DNA of 64,000 nucleotides from Eledone cirrhosa (Eukaryota): NCBI GenBank assembly GCA_964016885.1, contig OZ024743.1, positions 235,042,001 to 235,106,000 of the forward strand, read 5' to 3'. Shown piece by piece: positions 28,700 to 42,027 of this stretch (position 1 is its first letter; each line of letters starts with the position of its first letter). The notes under the pieces were generated by a model. It saw only the letters and a program-made list of their open reading frames with translations, ran no database searches and was not told where the DNA came from. The position numbers and the translations under genes were made by a program.

Positions 28700-30246
28700 T
28701 AATGTGAGGTGTTCAGGATTGCGAGGCAGGGAAAATAGTGATGTTGTAGGGGAGAAGTGTGTCCAAGATAACAATAATGCACTTGCCCTCACCAAAACTG
28801 AAAAGAAGGCAGCATGGAAGTGTCATTACAAGAGACTGATGAATGAGGAGAATGTGTGGAAGGAAGATAACCTGCCCCAAGTGGGACCAGCAGTGCAAGT
28901 CAGCAGCATTATAGTAAGTAAGGAAATTATGGATATGAAAAGAGGCAAGGCAGTGGAGCTATTAGGTATAGTTGCTGGGATACTGAAAGCATCTGGGATA
29001 GTAGGACACACCATAACCACCTATATTGTAAACCAAGTTATACAAAATGGTGCCATACCCAATGACTGGCGTAGATTCATCATCAACTGCTACAAGGGCA
29101 AGGGTGATGCCCTAGACAGGAGTACTACTGAGTCACAAAACTGATGGACCAGGTCATGAAAGTTACAGAGTCATTGTACACCTGATTAGGGATCAAATTC
29201 ATGATGTAGTAGGATCCAAGGTAAGTTAGCTAAGAATGTAGGTTTTACATGTAGCCATTGCACAGGAGCAGTAAGTAACAGGAAACAAGTGCTATCAAAT
29301 TTTTAGAAGGTTCTGTAGAAGCACTTGATAGCTTTTGTTACCTGGGTGACCAAATTAGCAGTGGAGGTGGGTGTTCCAAAAGTATAGTAGCCAGAGTGAG
29401 GACAGGATGGAAAAAGCTTAGGGAGCTACTACTGCTGCTAGCTACAAAAGGTTTTCCCCTCAAAATGAAGGGCATATTGTATAATACGTGTATATGAGCA
29501 CCCATATTGCATGGAAGAGAGACTTGGGCTCTATGTGCAAAGGACATGCAAAGATTGGAAAGAAATGAAGCTGGCATACTTCATTGGATGTTAAAACATA
29601 AATGAACTATAAGAGAAACTAGGCATAAGAGGGGTCACATGCAGTGTGCAGGAGAGGAAATTGCATTGATATGGACATGTGATGTATATGAAGGACGACA
29701 GCTGTATAAAAAGGTGCAGGGTGCTTAAAGTTAGAGTAGAAAGACTTGGGATAAGGTGATAAAAAGGTTAACCTTGCACCTCTTGAAGATGATGACACAG
29801 GATCGGAGGCCCTCCTTCCTATATACACAGGTTGAATTATACATTCAGTATGCACCACTTTCCCCTACCTTCTTCTCCCCCATCCTAACACTCCACCCAC
29901 CCCTCACCTGATAAGTCCCCAACCTCTAGATCTACCTCTCTCATCCTCATGCACCTTCCCCACCCCAGCCCCCAGTTCATACTTTAAAGTGGTCGTTTTG
30001 GTGCCACGACAAAAAGCACCCAGTCCACACTGTAAAGTGGTCATGTAGCTGTCATGACAAAAAGCACCCAATACACACTGTAAATGTGGTAGGCATTAGG
30101 AAGGGCATCCAGCCATAGAAACCAAGCCAAAATCAGTTCTGAATGAGCAAGACATGGTCATCTGACCTGGCTTATCTCACAATGGACAAATCGTCTAACC
30201 CACACTAGTGTGGAAAAATGGACGTTAAACGGTGATGATGATGATA
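28700..30246 (+). mobile_element. Decayed, internally deleted RTE copy with 3' UTR
   Basis: DVVGEKCV..WKCHYKRLMNEEN..NCYKGKGDALDR, YLGDQISSGGG, UTR subunits and a (GAT)n tail. Confidence 0.9.
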
Positions 30247-30262
30247 CATAAATATATATATA

Positions 30263-30486
30263 TGAAAATTGAAGTAGAAATATTAGGCTTCACCATAATA
30301 TTTGACTAAATAACATAGGGTGTATAGATCCACTGAAAGGAAGAAGATAGGTATTGGCAAACAAGAGGTGTGAGTTCGACTCCCTGGTGTGTTGATACCC
30401 ATCTTTTTCCATTCAGTGGGTTTATTTTCTTTATTATATTTAGTCAAATGATACGGTGAAGTCTTATATTTCTACTTCAATTTTCA
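30263..30486. repeat. Imperfect fold-back (~100-bp arms) with a tRNA B-box-like motif in the loop
   Basis: tgaaaattgaagtagaaatat..cttcacc..atttgactaaat..ccactgaa pairs with ttcagtgg..atttagtcaaat..ggtgaag..atatttctacttcaattttca; the centre contains gagttcgactcc. Confidence 0.8.
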
Positions 30487-30574
30487 AACTTTGCTTGCAG
30501 CTTTCTAAACATACTTCCTTTATATATATATATATGTGTGTGTGTGTGTATGTGTGTGTATATATATATATATG

Positions 30575-30758
30575 AGTGAGTTCCGGTTTCAATCGGGAGT
30601 AACCATAGTAAGTAAGGTACTCAATATATTAGTAGAGTGTAAACAACAAATTTAAATGTAGAAATGGCTTCTACAGGACTAGAACTGTTTCATTCGAAGG
30701 AAATCAACTGAAATAGTTCTAGTCCTGTAGAAGCCATTTCTACATTAAATTTGTTGTT
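30575..30758. mobile_element. Fold-back remnant of hammerhead-like element, family D
   Basis: Hairpin at 30642-30758 whose arm reads GAAA-CAG-ttctagtc-CTG-TA-GAAGCC (stem III plus GUA triplet). Related sequence at 32301-32350 and 62230-62393. Confidence 0.65.
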
Positions 30759-31239
30759 ATATAAATATAATCTTCAGTTTTAAAGCAATGTATTCATATA
30801 TGACGTTCAATCAATATTTAAAACGTATTAATTAAATCTCTAAAGAACATTTCAGATAAAACAAATTTGTGTTTTATTTATCAACGTTTATTATTTTACA
30901 TTTATACAATTTCCAAAAGTGTATGGTTTAAGTTCAGTATTATGATGGGTGGAGAATATTATTGAATATTTAAATGATGGAAATTTTAGAATGAAGAGTG
31001 ATGATAAAGTTATTTTGGAATATAAAGTACACCTTTTAATAAATATACAGTTTTAGTCTTGCTTTGAAAAATAAACAAAGTGTCTACTCAACAGATTTTA
31101 TCCCTATAAACAGAAAAAGTTAGATCACTCTGATTATTTTTTATTCTTCTTAGAGAATCTTCAGAGAAAGTATATCTCATATCCCCATCTTCTATTATAA
31201 GGGTAAAGAACAAAGAACCCTTTCATTCATAAATGACTA

Positions 31240-31530
31240 TGGGATTTGCAATTAGAAAGTTCCCCCTCTGAGGCACAAGTCTGGGCAAGGTTGTTTGTGG
31301 AAGACCAGCACATGCATACCAGTCTCTCTTCTCCACCAATTTCGTCCAAGGGAAAGGCAATGGCTGATACAGTGTGGCACCAGTTACATCGTAACTCATT
31401 TCTACAGCTGAGTAGAATGCAGCAACATAAAATAAAGTGTCTTGCTCAAAGACACAACTCATCACCTAGTCTGAGAATCGAACTCACAACTCCTAATTGC
31501 AAGCCCAATGCTCTAACCACTTAGCCATAT
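31240..31530 (-). mobile_element. tRNA/CORE-like SINE with a different 3' tail
   Basis: Reverse complement: tggctaagtggttagagcatt..gtgagttcgattctcagac..tttgagcaagacactttatttta..tactcagctgtagaaatgag. Confidence 0.8.
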
Positions 31531-32175
31531 TCTATGGTATAAACATTTTAATTAGTTTTCACAGTGAGGCTAAAATTGTATGTTTATTAAAAGGCATATC
31601 TTACATTTCAAATTATTCAAAAATGCTGTGAATTAATTCATGAACAGAGTACAGAAGAATTATTAATGTCTGCATATTCTAAACATGTATTAAAAAGTAA
31701 TCAAAACAAAAAAGATATAGGATTAACCTTGAGCCAGCCATAGGTTGTCTATTTTATCTGGTATTAATAAAAAATATGGAAGGAAAAATTAGTTTATTTC
31801 TGTGTTCAGCTGTAGAGTAAATATAACAAATATTATGGATTAAATATTTCTAATTTATAATGTCCATGGATTACAAAATGTTGAATTGATTTGAATCAAA
31901 AATTGATTATAAACAAAATGGGGTCTTTTTTCAAAAGGATATTAGCTGAATATTGTTGAATTTGTGACCAAACAATTAAAATGCTGAATAATTCATGATT
32001 TTAATTACAAGTAAAACGTACAATATTTTTATTTTTAATTTAATTCTAACTTATATTTCAAATTTTAACAACAGAAAAGAACTGTATAAATTTTCCAGAA
32101 TTAGCACAGCTTCAACTGTAAATCATTAAACCACATGTCTGTATAGTTTTATTTACACATACATATATATGTTTG

Positions 32176-32218
<43 letters not shown>

Positions 32219-32224
32219 TTATAT

Positions 32225-32255
<31 letters not shown>

Positions 32256-32260
32256 AATAC

Positions 32261-32303
<43 letters not shown>

Positions 32304-33025
32304 AGTCCCAGGTTCAATCAAGAGTAACCACAGTAAGATACTCAATACATATTAAATTATATATATATATATGTGTGTGTGTGTGTTGGAAGTAAGAAGA
32401 CAACAACAGCTAAACAGCTACAATAATAATAATAATAAATATCTTGTAAGATTTTTTTCACTGTTTAAAATGACATGGAGATTTGTTTTTGTTGTTTCTT
32501 GTGAGGTCAATTTAAAATGACATAGACAGTTTTGGTTGGTCCTTTAATTAAAATCAAACATTATCCATAATGGATATTTAAAAGATGATTTTTACAGATT
32601 TAATATTGTCCAAACTGTAAACCTGTTGCTTATATTTTAGTAAAGTCTTCTTAAAGAGATAAAGCCTCATTATAATTAAGTAATTACAGTTGTTGGATCA
32701 AATGAAGTGTTCCATGGATTAAGAGCTGTGTAAATTAATTTGTTTGAATGGAAACAAAATTATTGAAATGTTGGTTATTGTTTATGTTTAGTCAGTAATG
32801 AGTATAACAGCCCTCAACTCTCTCTCACTTTCTCTCATTGTTTGGCCTATGTTTCAAATATTGAACAATTGTAGAAAGTCATCTTTCTCCCTCACTCCCT
32901 TTTCTTGCTCACAAACACACACACTCTCTCTCTCTCACTCATTCACACACACATTTTCCCTGTGGTCTCCTCTCTTTAATTTCAAATAAAATATTTAATC
33001 ATTAACGTCTTTTAGTGAATCCGAT

Positions 33026-33301
33026 TCATTTCAGATTTTCATTAGACATTGATTTTCGTCGATGTTTCCTTCGCTTTTTTCGTGATTTGGAGTTTTCACA
33101 TGTATGGAAGATATTTTCAATTGCTTTCATTAAATGACTGTAACGTAAACTTCTATTATTTGCACCGCTCACCAGTTTTACACTGCTCAAATAATACCAT
33201 CGAGACCGAAAGCTGTGCAGCTGACGATGTAACCGTTTCAATCCTTTCACAATTCTATCAATTCTGTGACAAAACTTTTTTTTCTTCTTTCTCTTCTTAC
33301 A
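33026..33301 (-). CDS. Probable last coding exon of the minus-strand gene
   Basis: Acceptor tatcttttcag at 33302, phase 0; open to TGA: CKKRKKKKKFCHRIDRIVKGLKRLHRQLHSFRSRWYY..NENLK*. Confidence 0.55.
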   Translation of the reverse strand, partial: CKKRKKKKKFCHRIDRIVKGLKRLHRQLHSFRSRWYYLSSVKLVSGANNRSLRYSHLMKAIENIFHTCENSKSRKKRRKHRRKSMSNENLK

Positions 33302-33881
33302 CTGAAAAGATATATTAAATATTGATTTGTTACATACTCATAAATGGAAATAATTGTTTCATAATTTATTTATCAGGAAATCATTTATAACCAATGACTG
33401 TTTGAGAAAGGTACAGATTTGCCTCAAATATGGACGACGCATCTAACCCATACAAGCATGGAAAAATGAACGTAAAATGGTGATGATGATGTCAATTGAA
33501 TAGTTATTGTAGAATATCGAATTATGGGATGAATTTAAATTGTTAAACAAAAAGAAAGCACAGATTCAATGTTCACCTCATGTATAACATTATATCTTAG
33601 GATAAGACTGCCGACAATTTTTAACATCAATCTAGCTGACATATAAGAACCAACTCTCTAACTTCTTGGTTGAGTGGGTGTTAAATGATTATGACTATAC
33701 ATATATACAAAAAGTGCCTAGCCGACACTGTAAAGTGGTTGTGTAGGTGTCATGACAAAAAGCGCCCAACCCACCCTATAAAGTGGTCATATAGGTACCA
33801 TGAAAAAAAGCACCCAGTACACATAGTAAATGAGGTTGGCATTAGGAATTATCTCTGCTTGATTCAATGTAATCTACCTAC

Positions 33882-33985
33882 TTGCTCAGTTGCATGTTCA
33901 GCTTGTGATATAGTTTTTCCTGTTCGTATTTCCATTTGGGTGATATTTTCCCAAAGGCGTCGGGACCGTGTATTTATTGGTTGTT
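33882..33985 (-). CDS. Probable internal exon (phase 1 to 0)
   Basis: Acceptor ttatttatag, donor gtaggt; QPINTRSRRLWENITQMEIRTGKTISQAEHATEQ joins in frame to the 33301 exon. Its phase does not match the 36905 donor directly. Confidence 0.5.
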
Positions 33986-36904
33986 CTATAAATAATTATG
34001 AAACAAATGAAAAGAAATAATTAAGGAGTAAAACAACCAATGAAGGGAATGGCAACATGAAAATATTCCACATTTTCAATAATGCAATCTCTCATGTGCT
34101 GGAGGCATAAATAATGCACTTAGAAAACCACACTATAAAGTGGTTGGAGATAGGAAGGGATCCAGCCAGAAAAACACTGCCAAAATCATGGATAGCACCA
34201 CAAATACAAGTGGAGAGATGCAGTTCTGAAAAGGACCCATCTAACGCATGCAAGCATAGAGAGATGCTGTTCTGCAAAGGACCCCTCTAACGCATGCAAG
34301 CATGGAAAAATGGATGGAAAATCGATGATGATGATGAGGGTGATGATGGTGATTTTAACACTTTATTTGATTTGATTATTCATTGTAAATTTTTTATTTG
34401 AAATATTTTTCTGAAATCAAAATTATTATCCACTGTATTTAGATACTTAATCTATCAACTAGATTTAAATTCTGGTTCAAATTTAAAGTTTTTGTTTTAA
34501 TTATGAACAAAATTCTAAAATATCAGTGCTTCTGTTTATTTCATTCTCATTATATAAATTAGCCCTAATTTAGAGTATCCTGCCATATGACATTGAAATA
34601 TTAGAGCAGCCAGTTATTGCTCTATTACTAAGACCTGACTTACTGGGACTATACTAGATGTCAGCTAAATGATTTTCAACTCTCTCAGCAGAGCAGTACA
34701 ACTGACAGAACTAATCAACATAAATTCCTTCAATTGTAAAAGTGATATTGTATATTTGATGGTTTGGGGTTTCTTGTAATATCACAAAATGATTCCCATT
34801 TGTCATCAACATCATCACCATTTAATGTCCATTTTCTACGATTGCATGAGTTAGATGGGATGACATGCTGTGAGACAAGTCAGGTCCACGTCTTACTCCA
34901 TATGGATCTGTATTTTGGCTTGGTTTATACGGCTGGATGCCATTCCTAACACCAACAATGTTACAGTGTGTCATGGCACCAAAATGACCACCTTACAGGG
35001 TGAACTGGGCACTTTTTGTAATGTCTCCAGCATGACAGCTTGAATATAGCTAGCTTGTTCTTTAAAGCATTTGACAAATGTTTCCCCAAATCCCATAAGT
35101 ACAATACAATTTTTAATAGATATACCATAAAACTAACTTGCTCAACAACTCAGAACCTAACCCAAAACATAGCTAAATTAAACTAAACTAGATTAAGAAA
35201 GGAATATAGTGAAAGTATAACAGGTAATCTTCACTGATGGAACAATTTAAATAGCCAAATAGATGTCTCTTAATAACATCACATTCCAGGACAAACCACT
35301 CCCAGGGACATAATAATGTATACTCTGACCTTTGTAAGTAGCCATCGCAACAACCAGAATATGAATATGACCCACATAATGAACAGGGAATGAAACTGCA
35401 GAAACCACAAGACCTGCCCCCTTGAAAATAAGTGCTTACAGAGGAATATTGTATATGTGTGTAACTCCTAGTAATTGACTATATAGATACATAGGGGTGA
35501 CTGCGATAACCTTTAAGAATAGGCGATACAACTATCACCACTTGTTTAATAGGATAGACTAATATAAGCCGTATCAGAGCTGATATGGCAGCTTAAACAT
35601 AAAATATAAAACTATAGAGGACTTCTTGTTATGGTCGATAATCAAACCAGTACATCCATATGAAGGTGGATATTATAGCAATAAATGTGATCTAATTATT
35701 ATTGAAAATATGGAGATCATTAGAGGTGGGTCCCAGGTAATTTCTACTTTTATTTCTATTTTCAATTTATACTCCATAACTACTGTGTATCTCAATATAT
35801 AAAGGTAGGTGCAAACGTAGATAGGCATACATGCATATTTACTCTTGCATTTACACATACATTTGCTCATTACCTGTACTCCTACTCCCCTTTTGCTACT
35901 CATATTTACTCTGTATACCTTCCTCTTAATCTATTCAATATTTCACATGCACTCTATATATTTACACCTTTACTTAACTAAGACCACAAGTCATGCACTC
36001 ATAACTAAATAAACAACTTAACTAATTCTTCTCACTATAGCAGCTCAGCTTAGTTACAAACCACCCACATTGTTTTTATATAGTGATGTCATTGGAATGA
36101 CGCCAAATAGGAACACACTGTTAATTAAACTCACAAACCCTCTTAAACGATGTCTAGCTAATCTACACCACTAAAACTAACAAAAGAAAAAAAAATTCCA
36201 TTAATTGAAACACACTACTGCAACTTAAAAATACAATATAATTGTTTTATAACCAGTGCCAGTGGCAGCAGCATTAGAGGGGGGGGGGGGGGCATTGGAA
36301 ATGGTCAAAAGAGCATGATAATAAATGAGCCCATCAAGGTCAAAACACCTTGACTCTGCTGATAAAACTAGAATGAACTAAGAACTGCTGCATTCCAAAA
36401 AATGCCCGCTAACACACAGGAAATTGATGACACTACTGCAACATATCACATGCTGACTGAATTTTTAGTGAGCAACATCTTATGACCCATAGTCAGTATA
36501 TCATACATTTTCATATACATTATTATATATTTCTGTCTGATGATGACAGGGTAGATTTATGTAATCTTAGTTTAATGCCTCTGAAATGTGTATAACAGAC
36601 TGAATGTAATAAACCAATGTATGAAAATGTAAATACATACACATAGGAAATCCAAGTGGAAGGAAGCCACAGCAGAGGTAGACCAAGAAAGACCTGGGTA
36701 GAGGTGGTGAGAGTTGACCCCAAATCTCTGAGACACAGAGGAAATGATGAAGAAATGCAGCAAGGGGAGAGATGCTGTGCTGAGAAAGACCCATACAACC
36801 CATGCAAGCGTGGACATAAAAATGATGATTTTGATAATGATGATGACACACACACAAATGTGTGTTTAACCACATATAAAAGAATCTCACACGCTTACAC
36901 TTAC

Positions 36905-37245
36905 ACATAGGATACAATGTCTGTGAGATTGAGATTAAAGTACTTGGCTACTCTCCACCAGGTCATATGTTCCAGCCTTACAACAGCCAATCTGCTATTC
37001 CCATCAGCCAACACCTTAACTTTGATAGCAGCATAAAATAAAACAAATTTTTTACCTCTGGCAGAATTTGCAAAAGGGTGGAATCCATATTCAAGATGAT
37101 GTTTTCCTTTGTCTTCTGTAACCATTCTTCTCATTCGTCGAACATCATTTTCATAACTTCTGATTTGGTAGAGAACCTTAGGGAAGTCTTCAGCCTGATA
37201 ATCCATCATTTTATTGGTATTTTCTGCTGTGGAAACTCTAATCAG
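36905..37245 (-). CDS. Internal coding exon of an uncharacterised gene (phase 0 to 2)
   Basis: Acceptor attatttgtag, donor gtaagt; 113 open codons, LIRVSTAENTNKMMDYQAEDFPKVLYQIRSYEN..TDIVSY. Confidence 0.8.
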
Positions 37246-37472
37246 CTACAAATAATATAACATCAAATATATCAGAAATTTTAGGCAAAGTCTTTGAGGG
37301 AATTTAAAAATTCAAATGTTTGCTTTTTCAAATCTCTGTCTGTCTCTCTCTGAGAGAGAGAGAGAGAGAGTAAATTGCACATATGCATTATATAGATAAC
37401 ACATCAGTCATATTTTTCTTATACAATTGGGATATTGAGTAAATGCTTTCCACTCTTGATAACAAATTTAAA

Positions 37473-37513
<41 letters not shown>

Positions 37514-37654
37514 CACACATAAGGGTCAGCTGAAAATTCATAGGCTGACCAAGATGTTCTCAGGGTATGACCAAATGAGGTTTATTTTTCAACATAGTCC
37601 CAGAAATATTTTACCTATTACCAACTTTTCCCAGTAACCTAATATATATTTTGT

Positions 37655-38190
37655 TTATACTCATATATAAGCTGAGAAATATGGGACTAAAAAATTGATG
37701 GTAAAACGGGGTCAACTTATATTCAAGGTTAATATTTTTGCTGATTTTCACCAACTTCAAGATTCTTCATAAATGATGTGCTAAATTATTTTCGCTATGG
37801 AGGTAAATATTACACCAGTTTTACTTTGGTGGTGAATATTACACCAGTTTCATTTTGGAGGTGAATATTACACCAGTTTCACTTTGAAGGTGAATATTAC
37901 ACCAGTTTCACTTTGGAGGTGAATATTACACAGGTTTCACTTTCAATGTGAAATTCTTATTTTCTATTGTTTCTGCTATGTTTTGAATGAATACTTTCAT
38001 CAACATCGTTTTAATGTCCTCTTTTCCTGCTTGCAGGATATTTTCCACTCATGAGAATTAAAAAAAAAACACCATCTAAATATATTACCTGTCTCAGCTT
38101 ATAAATAAGGTTGGGATTATTGCCTATTTTTCAGACATAAAACAGGAGTCAGCTTATAATCAGATCAGCTTATATTCAGGTATATTCAAT
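37655..38190. mobile_element. pogo/Tigger-like MITE with an internal 29-bp tandem repeat (37798-37950, ~5 copies)
   Basis: Ends tatactcatatataagc / gcttatattcaggtata; unit ggaggtgaatattacaccagtttcacttt. Related MITEs at 53530-53735 and 56288-56482. Confidence 0.55.
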
Positions 38191-38369
38191 AATTATATTA
38201 GAATAGGAAATAATGGGCAGTATACTGTTTTGATGCAAATTCAGCTCTAATAACTGATGAGCTTCCAGATCTGCTGAAAATCCTTCAAAGCCATACTAAG
38301 TCTCTGAAAATACTCTAACAGAGCTATTTAGACATTAGGCAAATGCTAATACCGAAAGAAGTGAAAATA

Positions 38370-38582
38370 ATATTGGTTTCTGATTTAGCACAAGACCAAC
38401 AATTGTGGGGAAGGAGAAAGTCGATTAAATCGACCCCCAGTCCATTATTGGTACTTTATTTTATTGAACCTGTAAGGATAAAAGAGCTAATCTCTGCAGG
38501 ATTTGAACTCAGATCATAAAGGGCTATGCTCTATGCCATAAAGTCTGACGCTCCACCGATACTGCCAATCCACCGGCCTTAA
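38370..38582 (-). mobile_element. tRNA-SINE with Meta-domain-like core
   Basis: Same family as 48263-48452. Other copies: 44940-45122 (-), 45474-45650 (+), 49980-50085 (-), 58268-58450 (+), 60088-60290 (-), 63472-63885 (two in tandem, -). Confidence 0.8.
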
Positions 38583-38599
38583 TAATATTGATTAGGTAG

Positions 38600-38800
38600 T
38601 ATGAGAGTTTGGCTGAAAAGTTCATAGGCTGACCAAGATACTTTCGTGGAATGACAAAATGAGATATATTTTTCAACATAGTCCTTGGAAGAAAAGAATG
38701 CAGTTATTAATAAGAAGAATTGAAATTAATGCATGCAAGATTTCACAGTATTAACATCACTCCTTCATAGTCAGTCTATGAACTTTTCAGTCGACCCATG
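38600..38800. mobile_element. mariner-derived MITE
   Basis: TIRs ggctgaaaagttcataggctgac / gtcagtctatgaacttttcagtcgacc. Other copies: 39946-40127, 54508-54708, partial at 37520-37605. Confidence 0.8.
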
Positions 38801-39569
38801 TGAAGTAACCTTTCATAAAAACTGTAAATAATCAATCCTAAACCAAAGTCTGTCTTGAGCTGGCAGGCTCATCAGGTCAGTGCTTATCTAGGTTTCCATG
38901 GCCTGAAGCAACTGAGAGTACAAGACATCTCCCTGGATAGGACACCAGTCCCTCTCAGGTTGAGTGAGTGGCAAAGATTCAACCACCAATACTACAACTT
39001 CTTGGCCATAGATGTGCTGTTTCCTCCCTCTATTACTACTGCAATGGCCTACTACAGTGAGAGATGGAGAGAGAATGAGAGAGAGAGAGAGGTTATATCT
39101 AACTTAGACAATACAGATTATCTGGACATATAACATGACACTCAGATATAAAATATGAGTGATCTATACAAGGGATCTAGGATATAAAATATAGGTAGCA
39201 TAGATATAGAGCACATGTGACTTATATATATATAAGTGACCGAAATGTTCACCATAAGTGGTCTAGATGTACAGTGGGAATGCCCTACATAACAACGTGA
39301 ATGACCTAGATGCAGAACACACTATAGCTTCATTTCCGACAGATTAAATGCTAAATTATTAAGATTTAGGTTCAAAAGTGTAATTCCTCATACAGATTAT
39401 TCAATGTCAATTATTCATTCTAGTTTTGTTTTGTATTTAGTTAAGGAACCTATGAATCCAATTGTATGATGTCAGAGTTGAATGGTTTGGAAGGTAAACA
39501 GATATTGTAATCAAGTATTCTCAATTGTTGGAAAATATATATGTAGAAACTTTGATATTCAAAGACACT

Positions 39570-39785
39570 ATGAGGGCTGGCTGAAAAGTTCATAGGCTGT
39601 CTATAAAGGAGTGATGCTAGAGCTGTGAAATCTTGCATGCATTAATTTCAATTATTCTTACTAATAACTACATTGTTTTTTCCAGGTAAACGGACATCTA
39701 ACTATTCAGAGAAGACTTTAAAAGCAACTAGTAGTGACTTCTCTTGAAAATGGAAAAAATTTGGCATCGTGGTGTTATCAAGAAG
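39570..39785 (+). mobile_element. 5' end of the parental mariner element (TIR and transposase start)
   Basis: TA-tgagggctggctgaaaagttcataggct TIR followed by ATGGAAAAAATTTGGCATCGTGGTGTTATCAAG (MEKIWHRGVIK), a mariner-type N-terminus. Confidence 0.7.
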
Positions 39786-40139
39786 GAGACAACTGTAGCT
39801 ACAGTTAAGTACTGACTTGGTGTGTGATGTCCCAGTGAACTCATGACAGCAGAGAAAAATGTATGTTAAATAATGATTAATGGCTCTAAGACGGGCATTC
39901 AGCTGTAGAAACCATGCCAAAGTATGGAACGTATGAGCAATACATATGAGGGTCGGCTGAAAAGTTCATAGGCTGACTATGAAAGAGTTAATGCATGCAT
40001 TAATTTCAACTCTTCTTATTAATAGCTGCATTGTTTCTTGCCAGGAATTATGTTGAAAAATAAGCTTCATTTTGTCATTCCATGAGAGTATTTTGGTCAG
40101 CCTATGAACTTTTCATTCAGCCTTTGTAAAGTACGGATT

Positions 40140-40390
40140 TACAAACATGGTTCTATAGGCATGTGGTTAGAATGTCTCAGGAAAGAATCACTGGACAGAT
40201 TTTGTGGGCAAAACCAACCGACAGGAAACCCAGGGGTAGACCTCGAGCAAGATGGTTGGATAACATCCATGAACTTGGCTGGTTTCGCTTGGGGATCCAG
40301 TCGGATCAGTTGGAGACAGTTGCTTCTGACAGGACCCACTGGACGGAGTGTTTGAGGACTCTAGCCCCACAACACTCTCAGGATTAAGTG
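40140..40390 (+). mobile_element. RTE-type LINE C-terminal fragment
   Basis: HVVRMSQERITGQILWAKPTDRKPRGRPRARWLDNI. Confidence 0.75.
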
Positions 40391-41124
40391 GGCAAAAAGC
40401 ACCTGGTCCACACTGTAAAGTGGTCATGTAGGTGTCATGATAAAAAGTGCTCAGCCTACACTGTAAAATGGTCATTTTGATGCCACGATAAAAAGCACCC
40501 AGTACACACTGTAAATGTGGTTGGTGTTAGGAAGGGCATCCAGCCATAGAAACGAAGTCATAATTAGTTCTGTATGAGCAAGACACAGTCACCTGATCTG
40601 GCTTGTCTTACAACGGGCAACTCGTCTAACTCCTGCTAGCATGGAAAAATGGACATTAAAAAGGTGATGATGATGATGATGATGATGATCACGATAACAA
40701 TAACAAATATTTTTAGCATTAAAAATACTGTGATTGTAATTCTATGATTGTATAATCCTAATTACAGTTAGAAAAATATTGTTGAAGGAAATAGCTGTTA
40801 TTGTTAGGAATGTAGGACCTCTAAATCCAAAGACCCAGTTTTTGGTGGTGTGAATGTGCTAAAAAAGGAATATTTTTCATTTCCTCTGAAACAATTTAGG
40901 TGCATAGTCTCCCCTTTCCAGACCAATACCCCCCCCCCCCCCCTTCCCCACACACACACACACACCTACATATATACATGCAGATGTATATTTACATACT
41001 CAGTGATACCAATATAGATATATACAGGTATTCACATACAAGCATAGTCTCACATTAATATGTGCACACCCTCACACACGCCAACACATCTACCCACACA
41101 TCCACACACACAACATATACTAAC

Positions 41125-41433
41125 CCGAATGTGTTGTGGTGTGCCGATAGCCTCATTTATAACTTCCAGTTGGTCAGACAATAATGGTGGTGTTAATACA
41201 AGGTTTTGTGCTGCATTTCTCTGGTTGTTGTTTTCAAATGTCATCTGAGCAATAATTAATTCATAGGTACCATAACTACGTGTCTGCAAATAATAATCCT
41301 CTTTGTAGTAATGACTGTAGCCATCAAAAGGCCGCCAGTCAACTGTCAGTTCATCAACACCTGTTCGATAATTCTCCACAAATGCTCTGATATATGTAGT
41401 TTGGTTGAATGTTATCATATTGCCAATTTTCAC
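41125..41433 (-). CDS. Internal coding exon (phase 0 to 0)
   Basis: Acceptor tttattaatctcag, donor gttagt; 103 open codons, VKIGNMITFNQTTYIRAFVENY..DYYLQTRSYGTYELIIAQMTFEN..PQHIR. Confidence 0.85.
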
Positions 41434-41664
41434 CTGAGATTAATAAAGATAATGTGAAAAAAGAGACAATAAAAAAGGCAATAAAAAAAGAGACAATAAA
41501 AAAAGACATTGGCATAAGGCAAAGCAATTGTATTGAATAAAGTGACCTCAGGAACACCATCCATACTTGTTTCATCAATCTTAGAAAGAAGACAGGCAAA
41601 ATTTACTTTGGTGGAATTTAAATTCAAAAGGTAAAGAGACGTAATTACCACTTGACAGTTTTTT

Positions 41665-41812
41665 CGCAGTACTTTACCAATTCTCTATATTTACTAGTAC
41701 CTTTTCTATCTGATAACATAATGGTTTCACAGTGGTTTACCAATTCTCTATATCTACTACTACCTTTTCTATCTGATAATATAATGGTTTCACAGTACTT
41801 TTACCAATTCTG
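41665..41812. repeat. About 63-bp tandem repeat, 2.3 copies
   Basis: tttaccaattctctatat.tacta.taccttttctatctgataa.ataatggtttcacagt is repeated. Confidence 0.85.
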
Positions 41813-42027
41813 TGTGAGTGACTGAGCATTCCATTGATACATGTACAATTAACATAATTGTTCGGGAGATCCAGCATGTGACAAGACGGCCCTTTGAATT
41901 ACAAGTACAGTCCATCTGATGGGCTTGAATTATTCAAACAAACTGAATTTTCCTATACTAAAGAGTTAACAAACTCTTGATAGTTAGTTTAACATCAGCT
42001 GGTTCACTGTAGGCTACTCCTAGACTA

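Noticed and set aside
35330-35395. Possible 66-bp exon on the minus strand
   Set aside because: Weak donor (gtcaga), and it does not resolve the phase conflict.
38248-38295. CTGATGA..GAAA hammerhead-like motif
   Set aside because: Stem II is weak and stem I cannot pair (taataa versus aaagcc).
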